In this document: one piece after another, positions 9,801 to 20,898 of the stretch | How the letters are laid out: every line of letters starts with the position of its first letter | How positions within the stretch are numbered: position 1 is the stretch's first letter | NCBI GenBank assembly: GCA_002633005.1 | Contig: NMRA01000436.1 | Coordinates: forward strand, 321,891 to 385,890 | Direction of reading: 5' to 3' | Source: Phoronis australis | Taxonomy: Eukaryota > Animalia > Phoronida | DNA length: 64,000 nt | Translations under genes and position numbers: made by a program | The notes under the pieces: model-generated | Seen by the model: the letters and a program-made list of their open reading frames with translations, nothing else | Told to the model about the DNA's origin: nothing | Databases searched by the model: none

Positions 9801-12139
9801 TTCAAGCGCAAGAATTCAGTATTTATTGAAGCGAGACCATTCTGGCCCACGGTTCTATTGAGAATCACCTACAAATGAAAAGTATGCACGGGGCTACTAT
9901 CTTCTCGTTTCAGAGCAACTGTTGATCACAACTTACAAGCCCGTTGATGGTGAAAGCATTGAAGAGATGGTCTTCAGCAGTCGAGATAACCCCAACCCGA
10001 CCATCAGTTTGCTTGAACAGTTCATGGCCATGAATGCGAAAGGTCACGTGAATGTCTATATAGAAAAGCGCGGAGACATTTCTGCATTGAGAAAGCCTAT
10101 AAAGGTACAACTATTTCGTATTTAATAGAGAAAATGGTACACAAACATCGTGGATGGTTGTATTTATGTAACTACGACCATGGCAATTGTCGCCCATTTT
10201 GCTGCGATTTGTGTGCAGTTGCCAGGTGAATGACCATGGGTTAAAGCGAAATTTTCAAGTTCACCTTCGAAAAACGCGTTTTGGATCACGGCTGGATGGA
10301 ATACGCTTTATGTAGTTATTTTTTGGATGGGCAGCCTTTTGAAGTTATTTTTGGATGAGAAAGGCTTGTTGAAATTAATGTTGGATCTCACAGACTTGTT
10401 GAAATTATTGATGGATGGGACAGACTTGTTGAAGTTATTGTTGGATGGGATAGACTTGTTGAAGTTATTGTTGGATGTAGTACACGTCTTGAAATAATGC
10501 TGGATTGGACAGACCTGTTTAAGTTATTGCTGGATGGGATAGGCTTGTTGAAGTTATTGTTGCATGAGACAGACTTGTTGAAGTTATTGTTGGATGGGAT
10601 AGGCTTGTTAAATATATTGTTGCATGGAGTACACTTCTTGAAATATTGCTGGATGGGACAGACACTTTTTGAAGTTATTGTTGGATGGGATAGACTTGTT
10701 AAATATATTGTTGCATGGAGTACACTTCTTGAAATATTGCTGTATGGGACAGACACTTTTTGAAGTTATTGTTGGATGGGATAGACTTGTTGAAGTTATT
10801 GTTGGATAGGACAGACTTGTTGAAGTTTTTGTTCGATGAGACAGACTTGTTGAAGTTTTTGTTCGATGAGACAGACTTGTTGAAGGTATTGTTGGATGAG
10901 ACAGACTTGTTGAAGTTATTGTTGGATGAGACAGACTTGTTGAAGTTATTGTTGGATGAGACAGACTTGTTCAAGTTATCAGGTTTGACTACAGCTTAAC
11001 ACAATCCAATCCAATGTGCTTTTGAGAATTTTATTAAACATCTCCAAATTTTCTTGTTGTCCATGACCAAAGATAATTACGTCACCACTTAAATACCCTT
11101 AAGATATGCTGCAACTTTAATCGAATGTTATTTAGCTAGCAATGAGCTTGACTGCATCCGCGAAATTTCCGGAGGCGATTCCTCACAATGGCTAATCCTA
11201 GAAATGTGTCGCCTATATCATTTTAAAAAGCTAATGTAAGATGACCCTGCGAACGTTTTTTATCTGAACAAATCGCCCGGGGCCTCACTTCAGTTTTCGT
11301 TTGGTGAGACAGACAACACAAGTTATATATTCCGACATGGACGTACCACTACCTATCCAAAACCAGATTGACCTATTTGAATAGTGACCGGTGGTCCCGC
11401 TAAACTCGCCACATCAATATGAGCGAACTCAATGGTGTGGGTGATTTTTTCGTTTAAGGACCGCCTATAACTGTTTTTTATGCTCGTAACAATCCTGGAA
11501 ATATCCTTTAAGGCTAAGTAAGTGTTGTATTATTTCACTTGCAAACAGGTTTGAAGTGTCTTGTAATTTTCAAGATATGGTGCCTTTGACTGGGTTGTTT
11601 ATACAAATCACGTACTCACATACTTCCACGAAGCATAACCACCTTTATATGAACACCGATTGTGCAAGTTCGTTAGCAATGATTGTAATTATCCGATCTC
11701 ATCCTTTAGTAACCAAATTTCATGGGATTGGCCCTATATCAATGATTTTCTCTGCACTGAGTGTGCTGGTAATGTTTTTACAATAGATTTGCAAACTACT
11801 GCCCACGGGTGTATTGCCTGTAACGGCGGTATCTTGGAAATCAAATTCTTTGTACATGTGTTTCAGGCTTTGCTGGTGTTCAACAAGCAAGTGAGTAAAG
11901 TAACTATCCACGTTTCTTCGGATGTTCATACCGGTAAAGTTGAGGATGAATTAGCCAGGAAGACGCAGTTTTGGGCTTCTGGGGAGTGCCCCAAGAGAAC
12001 ACGTGTCGCAGTGGCTCCTTTTAACGTTGTCGAAATTCCACACCACAGAATACGACGTAGTATTGAATTATCTCACGTCAGGAATTTGAGAATGACGGAC
12101 ATTCACAACTGGGAGATGGCATGGCTTTCTAGAAATTAA
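871..12139 (+). CDS. Multi-exon multidomain protein: ComEC-like MBL + Hedgehog-N-like (Hedge) + peptidase M15-like + Cys-rich / ADP-ribosyl cyclase-like C-terminus
   Basis: Manual splicing; all junctions are GT-AG and phase-compatible. Exons: (871-919, tentative), 1066-2073, 2547-2691, 4432-4598, 5616-5703, 5966-6720, 7024-7123, 7615-7784, 8177-8368, 9914-10104, 11867-12139 (stop TAA). Exons from 1066 on sum to 3089 nt (2 nt + 1029 codons) with no internal stop. The true start is uncertain. Confidence 0.72.
1066..2073 (+). CDS. Exon encoding ComEC/Rec2-like metallo-beta-lactamase-fold hydrolase domain
   Basis: Motifs PVGQGD, LVDLG, ITHGDQDH, LFVGD, KLGHHGS and ISSG...YKHP occur in ComEC-MBL order. 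Acceptor ttgatttcttag|TT at 1065/1066; donor GGCA|gtgagt at 2073/2074. Unspliced, the ORF runs to a stop at 2120. Confidence 0.88.
2547..2691 (+). CDS. Exon: start of Hedgehog-N-like domain
   Basis: Acceptor tccaatacag|GT, donor AC|gtaaga. LQPGESRPPSRTMNEVCKPIIQPIGRSDERVYT parallels Hh [33 protein letters not shown]. Confidence 0.75.
2830..3817 (+). mobile_element. Helentron/DINE-1-like non-autonomous repeat in intron, possibly with a SINE-like piece near 2870
   Basis: GTCC microsatellite near the 5' end (ctgtccgtccgtcc), degenerate internal repeats (aaattggcag...gacgttgattttc...ccctag), 3' hairpin tgcaacgc-ttc-gcgttgca followed by cttgt. Similar units recur at 48690-49920. Confidence 0.45.
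4432..4598 (+). CDS. Exon: middle of Hedgehog-N-like domain
   Basis: Acceptor tttttcag|T, donor G|gtaata. ASRVMAFRLAFRLKRLAFFVAQQWNG parallels Hh [26 protein letters not shown]. Confidence 0.8.
4882..5366. other. Assembly gap (N run) inside an intron
   Basis: Run of n characters. Confidence 0.99.
5616..5703 (+). CDS. Exon: Hedgehog-N-like core (SLHYEGR)
   Basis: Acceptor ttttttcag|GC, donor AG|gtaaga. GTLHVKVKEAWREKTGLEKIRDKSLHYEGR parallels Hh [26 protein letters not shown]. Confidence 0.88.
5966..6720 (+). CDS. Exon: end of Hedge domain plus second peptidase M15A-like domain
   Basis: LLSHLAQCAGFDYV parallels Hh MLARLAVEAGFDWV. RIDHLLVECLEEV...VYRT...N...FHAGQAAEL...GLG...HLYLDLR follows the M15A pattern (LxxLxxxR..SGYR...N...HxxGxAxD...GxG...HxDxR). 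Acceptor cattacag|A, donor G|gtaaag. Confidence 0.85.
7024..12139 (+). CDS. Five 3' exons (7024-7123, 7615-7784, 8177-8368, 9914-10104, 11867-12139) encoding the Cys-rich / ARC-like C-terminal region
   Basis: Clean polypyrimidine-AG acceptors and GT donors; phases 1-2-1-1-0 chain without stops to TAA at 12137-12139. Confidence 0.78.
7385..7600. repeat. Low-complexity CA/TA/TG dinucleotide-rich tract
   Basis: cacacatgcacacgcgcgcacg...tgtatgtatgtg; intronic. Confidence 0.7.
10290..10980. repeat. 30-bp minisatellite (~22 units), intronic
   Basis: Consensus TTGTTGGATGAGACAGACTTGTTGAAGTTA repeated head-to-tail, most homogeneous at the 3' end. Confidence 0.95.
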
Positions 12140-13642
12140 CTTAACATTAACTTGTTAATAACTAGATGTAACTGGCTTGTGTTATTTTTGAAGAATACTT
12201 AAAACAAATTATTGAGAATGCCGTGTAACCCCATGCAACATCTGCATTTGTAAGATGATCAAAACACTGCTTTAAAGTACGTATAGTTCTTGTCTCCAGT
12301 GTTCTATTGTGCGAATGAGGACCTCCGACACCTTAAAGGATGCATTGGTGTCGTTGAACTGTTTTGACTCAGTGACTTGGTATTAGAAGTGGATAGTCAT
12401 GATTTGCTCCTATAGATGGCGGGGGCTTCGTTACATGTTATTTTGATGAAAACAAATAAGTTGTACAAAACGAAAACAAAACGATTATTTAGAAAACCGT
12501 AACATATGACTTCATCTGTTGAACACTAAAACCAAGCAAAGTTTGGTCATATTAGTGATCTTGCATTGTTTCTTTGAGTGTATCTTTATTTTGTTGCTAA
12601 ATGTTCCCGAAAAAGCAAGGGTATATGGCAGGCACGTACATGTAGCCAGCATTGCACGGGGTGGCTCGAATTTCTAGAACTACGGGTTTGATAGTTTTCG
12701 GTAAGGCCATCGACGCAGCTTTATTTGGAGGAAGGGAAATCTGTACACACAACGATGGCTGTCAGCTCTATGTTCCTGAGCTAAGACGGAATTTGTAATA
12801 CCAGAAATGAGAATGCCGTGACAGTTGGTCGCAAAGAACGGGAGCCGAATTCGGATGCAATGTGGCCCAGGAAGAGAACTTTCTGGCGTTATCCCCTGCC
12901 ATGTTTCTCACAACAAGCGTTATTAAAAGAATGATTACACTTCATTGCATACTCGGGAGAATGACTTGAATTTTTTATCTGGTTGTATTTTGCGTGTTAC
13001 TCAAGTTGCTTACATCGGTGGAAATGGGAACAGCTATTCTGAAGGTTCAGTATTTTGAAAGTTCATTACTCCGAAAATATCTAAAGTTTCTGGACTCTGC
13101 TGTAATTACTATTAATTTACATACAAAATGAACGATAGTTCGGTAATTAGATGGACGGAGTGGTGTACATGTACCAACTCCCGTATTTCGTGCGCATGCG
13201 AAATTGACCGAATGTCTTACGAATACGGAAAAATGAGTACGAACTTGCATTTTTAAAAGCATATGAAATAGGAATATTGATGAATGGGGCCATCCGGATT
13301 ACACAGCGAAACGCAAATCTGATTGTATTTACCTGCAATGGCGAGAACATCCATCAGGCCCATTCAGTGCTACCGCGTGTTAAGGGAGAGCGTGAAAGCC
13401 CATTCATGGGGCTAAGAGTTCGAAACTAGAAGAACATTTCGTGAATACTTTCATTTATTAATAAATATTATCTTCTTGTCTCAAGTGACAAAATATAACG
13501 TATTCATTAAAAAGTCTCATATTTTAATTTGAGCAATTTCTGTAAAAATCCATTGATTACATATGTCGAGTAGTAGAGCAAGCACCGCATTGTCGAATCA
13601 CAGATTGTGACAACCATTTTCCATTGGTATCTTATGTATCAA

Positions 13643-13866
13643 CCGCCCACATTACAGTGTGAAACTATTGGCTGCAATACCGCCCACACTACAGTGTGAA
13701 ACTCTTGGCTGCAATACCGCCACACGACAGTGTGAAACCCTTGGCTGCAATACCTCCCACACTACAGGGTGAAACTCTTTGCTGCAATACCGCCCACACT
13801 ATAGCTAGAGTGAAACCCTCGGCTACAATACCACCCACACGACAGTGTGAAACCCTTGGCTGCAAT
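13643..13866. repeat. ~37-bp minisatellite (6 units)
   Basis: CCGCCCACACTACAGTGTGAAACTCTTGGCTGCAATA units in tandem with no unique spacers. Confidence 0.92.
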
Positions 13867-16800
13867 ATGGTTTAGCCCGAGATGCTAAAGTTGATTATTT
13901 TGTTAAAATAAAATTACAAATGTCTATGCGTGCGAAACATACAGTTGGGTATTTGCGCAGTGTTTCCAAGAGTCTAGAATATAATTACTTTTATAAGACT
14001 GTAATCAGTGAAGAGTAGTCTAGAATTACTCATATCTGTTTGTAAATTCCAAAGGCCGCAACATTTGGCGATAAATACATGTATTATAAATCTGGAATGC
14101 GTTAAAATAAATTTACATGTATTTTGCATAAAGTAACTTGTCGTCGACGGGTAAGAAAAATAACTGGCTTTGACCTGATTAACATAAAATGAGGATGTCA
14201 TGCCACTACTTGCCCAAAGAATTAATTAATTTGAATTCATAGACAAAACGCGCAGAGAGTGGCGTAGATGAAATACCATCCCACGAGACATTATTCCGCG
14301 TATAGACCATGACCGAATTACGTTTATCCCATACGCTTCAAACTCTTAGTTCTTTTTATTTTTCGGCCAATTTTTAAAATACTTCACCAGATTGCTCACG
14401 TGATGATAATGGTCAACATTGCAGTTACCGAGGAATCGGCGCGTCAGTTGCAGATGAATATTTAGCAAATAAAACTAAGGCAGAAATGTTACACAATTAA
14501 ATATTACCAGAAGTTATGTTTGGGACCTGATGGCACGTTGGCTGTTATTTCTACTGCTGCAATTTTATTACGCTGTTATTTCTACTGCTGCAATTTTACT
14601 ACTATTTTGGGAACGTTTGATGATCGAACCGGCTAAGGACATAAAGTAGACATTGATCTGCCATGTCTGAGGGCATTGTTAAAGTACTCCCGGGAGTGCT
14701 GCGCGGAAAACAATACCGCATGACCGTATCGCACTCAACTTATTGAACGCGTGCGGTACAAAGAATGTCTCCACTCACGTCGTGAAGATCTGAAAACAAC
14801 GGCTCTGCCTAAACAAAGAACATTCGATTATCCTTTCTATAATATGACTAATCCCCCAGTCAATAAACAAGCCGTTGGAAGTCATTACATGTACATGTAC
14901 GGAATTTACGTACTAGTCGTTGAAATTCTGCATGTGTCTGCTCAAATCGATCATTCATTGATTCAACGTAATTGTTTTAATCCCTTTTCACTTGGGTTTC
15001 CATCCACTTTGAATTGTGAAAGACGCTTGCACCTCTACATATAGGACATTTATTGACGCTCATTGTTCTGAAATTATTGATCTCACTCTGGTCACCAACC
15101 CTCTTGCTTAAGTCCGTTGTCAGACCTTATTTGAAGAATCAGACTGGGGTAGAATGAAATTAGAATAACAACAAATGAAATATGTGAACTTTGTATAATC
15201 TCTTCATTCATCATGACTGGGTTAGAGGATAGTGTATATTATTGGCAGGTAAGACTTTGACGTAGTTCCCTGCATACATGTAGATCATATGGCAATGCGC
15301 AGTGTTCGCCTTGGAAACATGGCCATATTACAGGTTTTCAGAATTCTGAGGCTGTATTCAAGACTTGCCGGCAGACGCTGGATGAACATTTCTTGTGGCC
15401 ATCGACTAAACTGGTTTGCATTTTAACGCTAATTTTCGGAAGGTGAGCAAATTAAGATGTCTAATGACTAACGGTGTAGCCAGGAGACCCGGATAAGTTG
15501 AACGGTTATGGGTGATATTTCAAGATTTGCGAGTCAACGCATACGACATCTTTTATTGATTAAAAAAATTTTTCACCCGTTCGAACTCAGAGTCAACTGC
15601 GATCAAAAAAACGAAGTTTTCATACGTGTTGATTGAGAAACTATATATCAAGTGCTCCATCTCAACTCCACGTGGTGTGCACCTTGTTAAAGTAACTTGA
15701 GATCACCCTTTACTAAACAATTTGGACATGGGTTACACCGATAATGTGTTCATGACTGAGTGTTGAGTAGTGGTGACATAGATAACTTGTAATTGTTGTT
15801 AAAAATCTTCCAACCTTCTATCTAAATATAAACTTCTGTGGCCCAACTTTTGGTAAAAGAGTCCTTCAACCAATGATTTTGTGAAAAAATTGCTTTGGCC
15901 ACTGGCCGTTAAAAATTATCTTGCCTTGTTTCTTGCTAGAAATGGTCGCAGGATTGGGTCAGATCTGAGAGTTGGTTACATGGGCAAATGGAGCTCACGC
16001 CTTGACATGGAATTTGAAGATCTTGTCTTGTGGAAATAAAGAACCGTCAATTCTTTCCAAGAACAGAAAGCAAATTAAAACTTTGACTTAAGAGCAATTT
16101 GAAACAAATTTCATAACCGGTAAATGGTGTGTATCAAAGCAGCATTTATGTCAACCGAAAGACGCATAAGGTTATGCACATTTGTGACCCTACAAAACTG
16201 ACCAAATGTGGATAACTTCGGAACAGGTTGTCTCATCCATGACTGATCGGACTCACATGTAATTTTCAGACACTATGCCTGTTGCACTGTTCCAAATACG
16301 TAGTTAGGAATTGTTTCACTTTTGCCTGGAAAAATCCAAAAGTTGCATAAAATGAAAATGAAATGAAAGTTAAGAAAATATTAACACATAATACACAGAC
16401 TAGTCGACAACATCTTTCCTGCCTGAAAACAAACACTCCTAATTTGTATGTCAACAACATGGTAAAACACATTCAAATACTTCAATAAAAAACACTTTTA
16501 TTGAACTCAGTCTGAAACAAAGCTCCGATACCCCACATTTATAGGCTCAACTCTCCTAAGCTCAGAAATTTTGATTTTCAACATCAAAGCTACATGTACA
16601 AGTACCCCAATGATTTATATAAGTTCCATGATTTATAAAGTATACTGGAATCAGGTTCTCACAAACTGCTCTGCACCAAAATAAGAGTAAAAACAAAGGT
16701 TGAAGAAGAGTTCATATCTTACATCAGCAAATGTACATGTACGAACGTCGACCAGCGTGCGTGGCGGTGCCTAGTACTAGCTGTGTCACCAAAAGCGGCA

Positions 16801-18069
16801 TTAATTGGGGTGTGAGTGGACTCTTCGTAAACTTCAACCCACCCGACAAGATCTCCTCCATTTCTGCACAATTATTTAGAGACGAGATGACGCGAATTCA
16901 AACTCGGACAAATTTGAGCAAACATTTTACTGTATTGCGACAAAGGTTCGAGCAAACTGCCAAAAAAGTCTAGATTAGAAGAATCTGGCAGAGTAGGTCG
17001 GTGCCCGTCCAGTTACATTTCAAGTGTATAGTAGCTTCTTGTTGAAAGCTATGACTTGTAACCGGATTGTTCTAACCTCACCCCCACCCATACCTTCACA
17101 CCCCAAGACCCCCTCAACTCACAAACCCCTCGACCTGCGGCAATAAATATTCTTTTCGCTTTTTACGCATTTCAAAATCATATAACGTCGCTGAATGACT
17201 TTCCCATGAAATTACCTACAAGCGAATCTGCGCTAGCTCAAGTCTGGTGGTTAGAAACAGAAAGTTGCGTTAGAACAGGACCTGAAATAGCGGACTATGA
17301 GTGTGTTGTCGTTGTCATGGAAATAGTTCCACGAGCGGCTACCAATGGCCCTGTTCTACCAAATTTAGGGAGAAAGTGCGTTAACGTGATTGTACATAAT
17401 TACACGTTTTTATTATTTGCTTCTGTTGTGTACTCGTTTACAATACAGCCTATGTAACATTGAGATACGTTTTAGTTAAGGGTTTGTTTTTCAAATTGTA
17501 TTTACTGAAGAAATTACATACATGTTATTCGACGGTTCATCGCTCTCTACCAAAAATGCTTGAACCCGACATCCACTAAGAGCAAACGACACGTTTACAC
17601 ATTGCCGGAAACGACTTTTGGAACATTGGTAGGTCTTTGATTTGATTTGGCCCCGTTTTTCTTTTTCTGTTTTTGGCTTTCAAACTTGCCGATTCGACTC
17701 TCTCAGGGAAAAGCCAGCCGAGCTCACAGCCCGACTCTTTGGTCCTGCAAGTCAGCGCTTGTTCTATGTTCAGATCGAGTCGAGCTTGTGTAGACTGCGT
17801 CGAGGAGGTTGTGGACCGTGTGTCCAGGAGGTCGTGGGTCAAGAGGGTCGTGGGGTGTGGGGGTCGAGGGGCTTTAGAACAATTCCTTGCAGTGGTAAGA
17901 ACCACTACAATATTGGGACAGTATTGATTTATAATTTCAGAGGTCAGTATGTGTGTTTCATGTAATTATTATGGAATAGTTTTTACTAGTTGTGTGCAAA
18001 GTGTACTGTCAATTAGCACAAGATCAGAAACATTCTCGAAGCAACACCTGATTTTCAGATAAACCCTGA

Positions 18070-20819
18070 TAGTCTAGTCATTCTAGGGCTCAAGAGAGCC
18101 CAACCTAGAAAATATTGCAACAGAAGGTTTTTTGGCGGAAGTCGGTTTTTCAAGATGGCGGAAAAATGGCCGCCAAAACCGGTGTTTACTGCTTTTTGGC
18201 ATGTTACTCTTATTCAACAGCTGGAAATAACACAATGAAGCTTGTAGTCGGTTATATACTTTTCATAACATGCATACCAATCAAAAGATGCCAATTTTCA
18301 ATAAAATAAAACCAATATGGCCTACAAATGGCGGCCGTAACGGCAATTTGTACATATTGAAAAATTTCTTTTCATATTAAAATGGCAAAATATCTATGCA
18401 TTTGTAAGTTAGACAGTTGAAAATATCTGGACCATACCGTTGGTCACTGACTGAAGAGAAAAATATCAGGATGGCTGACGAAATGGTCGCCAACTCACAA
18501 ATAACTCAAATTTACCGCGTGTGCATTCTGCAAACTTTGGTTGTAACCTGAGAAACATTTATACAAAAACATATTTCAATCTGCAGTAGAATGGGAGATA
18601 CGCAGCATGTACTGTGACTGCTTCCCATGCCGGAATGAATGCTCAAGTATAAATGATGCCATGCAGAGTATGACAAACTTGAGTTGCGAAAACAAGGGAG
18701 CAGCATAAAGAATGTATCCTGGCAAGACAGACGCTGGATGACAAAGGCATTGCCACTGTTGTGACAGCATGCACACGCGACAATGCCAGAAATTCCAGTG
18801 TAGCAGGGAAGGCAATTATCTTGTCTATAGAGGGGTCGAGTGTGAAAGACTTCACATTCAGAAAGAAAAACAAGGTTGTTGCAATGACAAGTCCACTAGT
18901 TCATGTTGCCAATAGTGAATTTACACAAGTGGATCCACGACTGCTATTTCAGCGATTACTGACAACTGCAAGACAACAGTGAACGTTCATCAAGCCTTTT
19001 GAAGTTTGGGTTGTGTGCTGTTTCCCGCTCCTTTTGCTACACCTGGTCTTCCCAGAGTCGTTAAGCTGATGCACTATGGTCCAGTGGAGCACGACCTACT
19101 GTACCTGAGGATTATCAGTTTCCAGAAAACACGGTGATGCATGCAATCGACTGTTTTCGATGACCTAGAGGTGCAACGTTTTAGTCAGTTGGTAGAGCTC
19201 ATGTGGATTATGTAAAAAAGTGCAATCAGCTTGCTGTTGTTTTTGATGGTTTTGGAGGTGGCCCATCAATTAAAGATGTCCCCCATGTTCGGAGACTCGG
19301 TGGGGTGGTTGGAACTAAATTTCACTTCAATGGTGACATAGTGATCAAATCAAAGAAGAAAGTTCACATTTTTGGCAAATAGCAAAAACAAACAAAGATT
19401 TATTCACTTCTCGAAATGCTGATTGCACAGTGGTACAAGCTCAAGGTGACGCACATGTTTTAATTGTAGAAATAGCAGCAGAGAATGCACCACAAGCTCC
19501 TACTACCCTCAGTGCAGACGATACAGACTTGTTGGTTCTTTTGTGTTACCATGCTACTTCAAAAAAGTTTCCAACATTCATGATTTGACAAGAGGCACCA
19601 AACGAGAGGAGAGTATGGGACATCAAGAAAAGAGTTGTCTCTTGATGCCGAAACTTGCGCGCTTTTGCCATTAGCGCATGTAATAGGTGGTTGCGATACA
19701 ACATCACGGCTGTTCGGTATTGGCAAGGCTCTCTCATTCAAGAAACTGCGTGATGGAGAAATATGCGAAAAGGCTAGAGTATTCACCAGACCTGATGCAG
19801 CTGAAGCAAGACATATTTGAAGCTGATAAAAGATTTGTTCTTTATGGCGGTACTGGCTCTGTAAATTTAAATGACTTTCAATGCAGGCGATTTGAGGAAA
19901 AGATTTCATCAAGAGTAGCCCAAGTCCAAATACAGTCATTGCCACCAACTGCTTCAGCAGGTAAATTCCATGCTGCGAGGACAAGAACAGATTTCCATGG
20001 CCTAGACCCGCTGGATTGAGGATGGAAACCGACAGGGGGAAAACTCTTTTCCGTGACGACGGCCCAGCCAGCAGTACAAGAGAACCTAGCTGTTGATATT
20101 AAGATGCTCGTGCAAGACCAAGACGTGTGTAGAATGCAGTGATATAAGCTGCAGCAAATTCATTTTCAGTTGAAAGAGATTAGTTATGTAAATACTTGTT
20201 GATTGTGTATAGATTTTAATCACAGACTGAGAATTGCTGCTTTGGAAATACCTGTAACATCACTAAAGAAAGGCCCAGTGGAAGCTGTTCAAGTGGTTGA
20301 AATTGCTAAACATACCCCTGGCGTGTCTCTGGAATCTGAAGTTCTAACACGAACCAACTATTTGATGGCCAATTTAGAAAATGATGGAAACAATCATTCG
20401 AGCCAAACGAAATGAGTCTCAATAGATTAGTCGACCCAGAAAACCCATGATGCAATGTTTGAATCAAGACGATACACTAATCTGTTCGTGCAAAGTTGTG
20501 CCACTCGAAGTAGTTTTGGCGGCCATCTTGGAAAATGGCGGATGGTGTCTCCGCAGCCATGCAAAACTATTTCCAATGGGTTTGTTGAGCCACAGAAGAT
20601 ACGTAAACCGTTTTGGATTTTTACTATATCGAATTCCACCCACACTTACGATGATCATATGCAAATCTGGCGGCCATTTTGTCCGCCATCTTGAAAAAAC
20701 AACTTCCACCACCCCGATTTCGGTAGACGTTTTTCTCACACAAAGGGAGAGGATACGGTTTATGCAATAAAACCTTGAGTTGCAATTATTTCCGGGTTAT
20801 CCGTAGAATGACTGGACTT
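18070..20819 (+). mobile_element. Degenerate, internally deleted Academ (AcademX-type) DNA transposon
   Basis: TIRs TAGTCTAGTCATTCTA (18070) / TAGAATGACTGGACTT (to 20819), flanked by TGA...TGA (3-bp TSD). Subterminal caagatggcgg/ccgccatcttg motifs. Frameshifted coding relics QVDPRLLFQRL, VVFDG..GPSIKD, ADDTDLLVLL, HVIGGCDTTS (XPG/PIN-like nuclease motifs) and QSLPPT. Confidence 0.75.
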
Positions 20820-20898
20820 TGAGTATTGTAAGTGATCTTGAGAAGTTTCATGGTGACAACTCTGTAACTGATAAATGATCACCTTGTATGTGCTTCAG

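Noticed and set aside
10388-10999. ORFs with LLKLLLDETD / NKSVSSNNNF repeats (LRR- or pentapeptide-like)
   Set aside because: They are translations of a 30-bp intronic minisatellite; the flanking exons splice in frame across it.
13643-13866. ~37-bp repeats as a CRISPR array
   Set aside because: Units are contiguous with no unique spacers, there are no cas genes, and the context is eukaryotic.
17642-17965. Cys/Gly-rich ORFs as GPCR ectodomain exons
   Set aside because: The G-rich part mirrors a C-rich tract at ~17075-17135 and shows no clear domain motif; probably repeat-derived.
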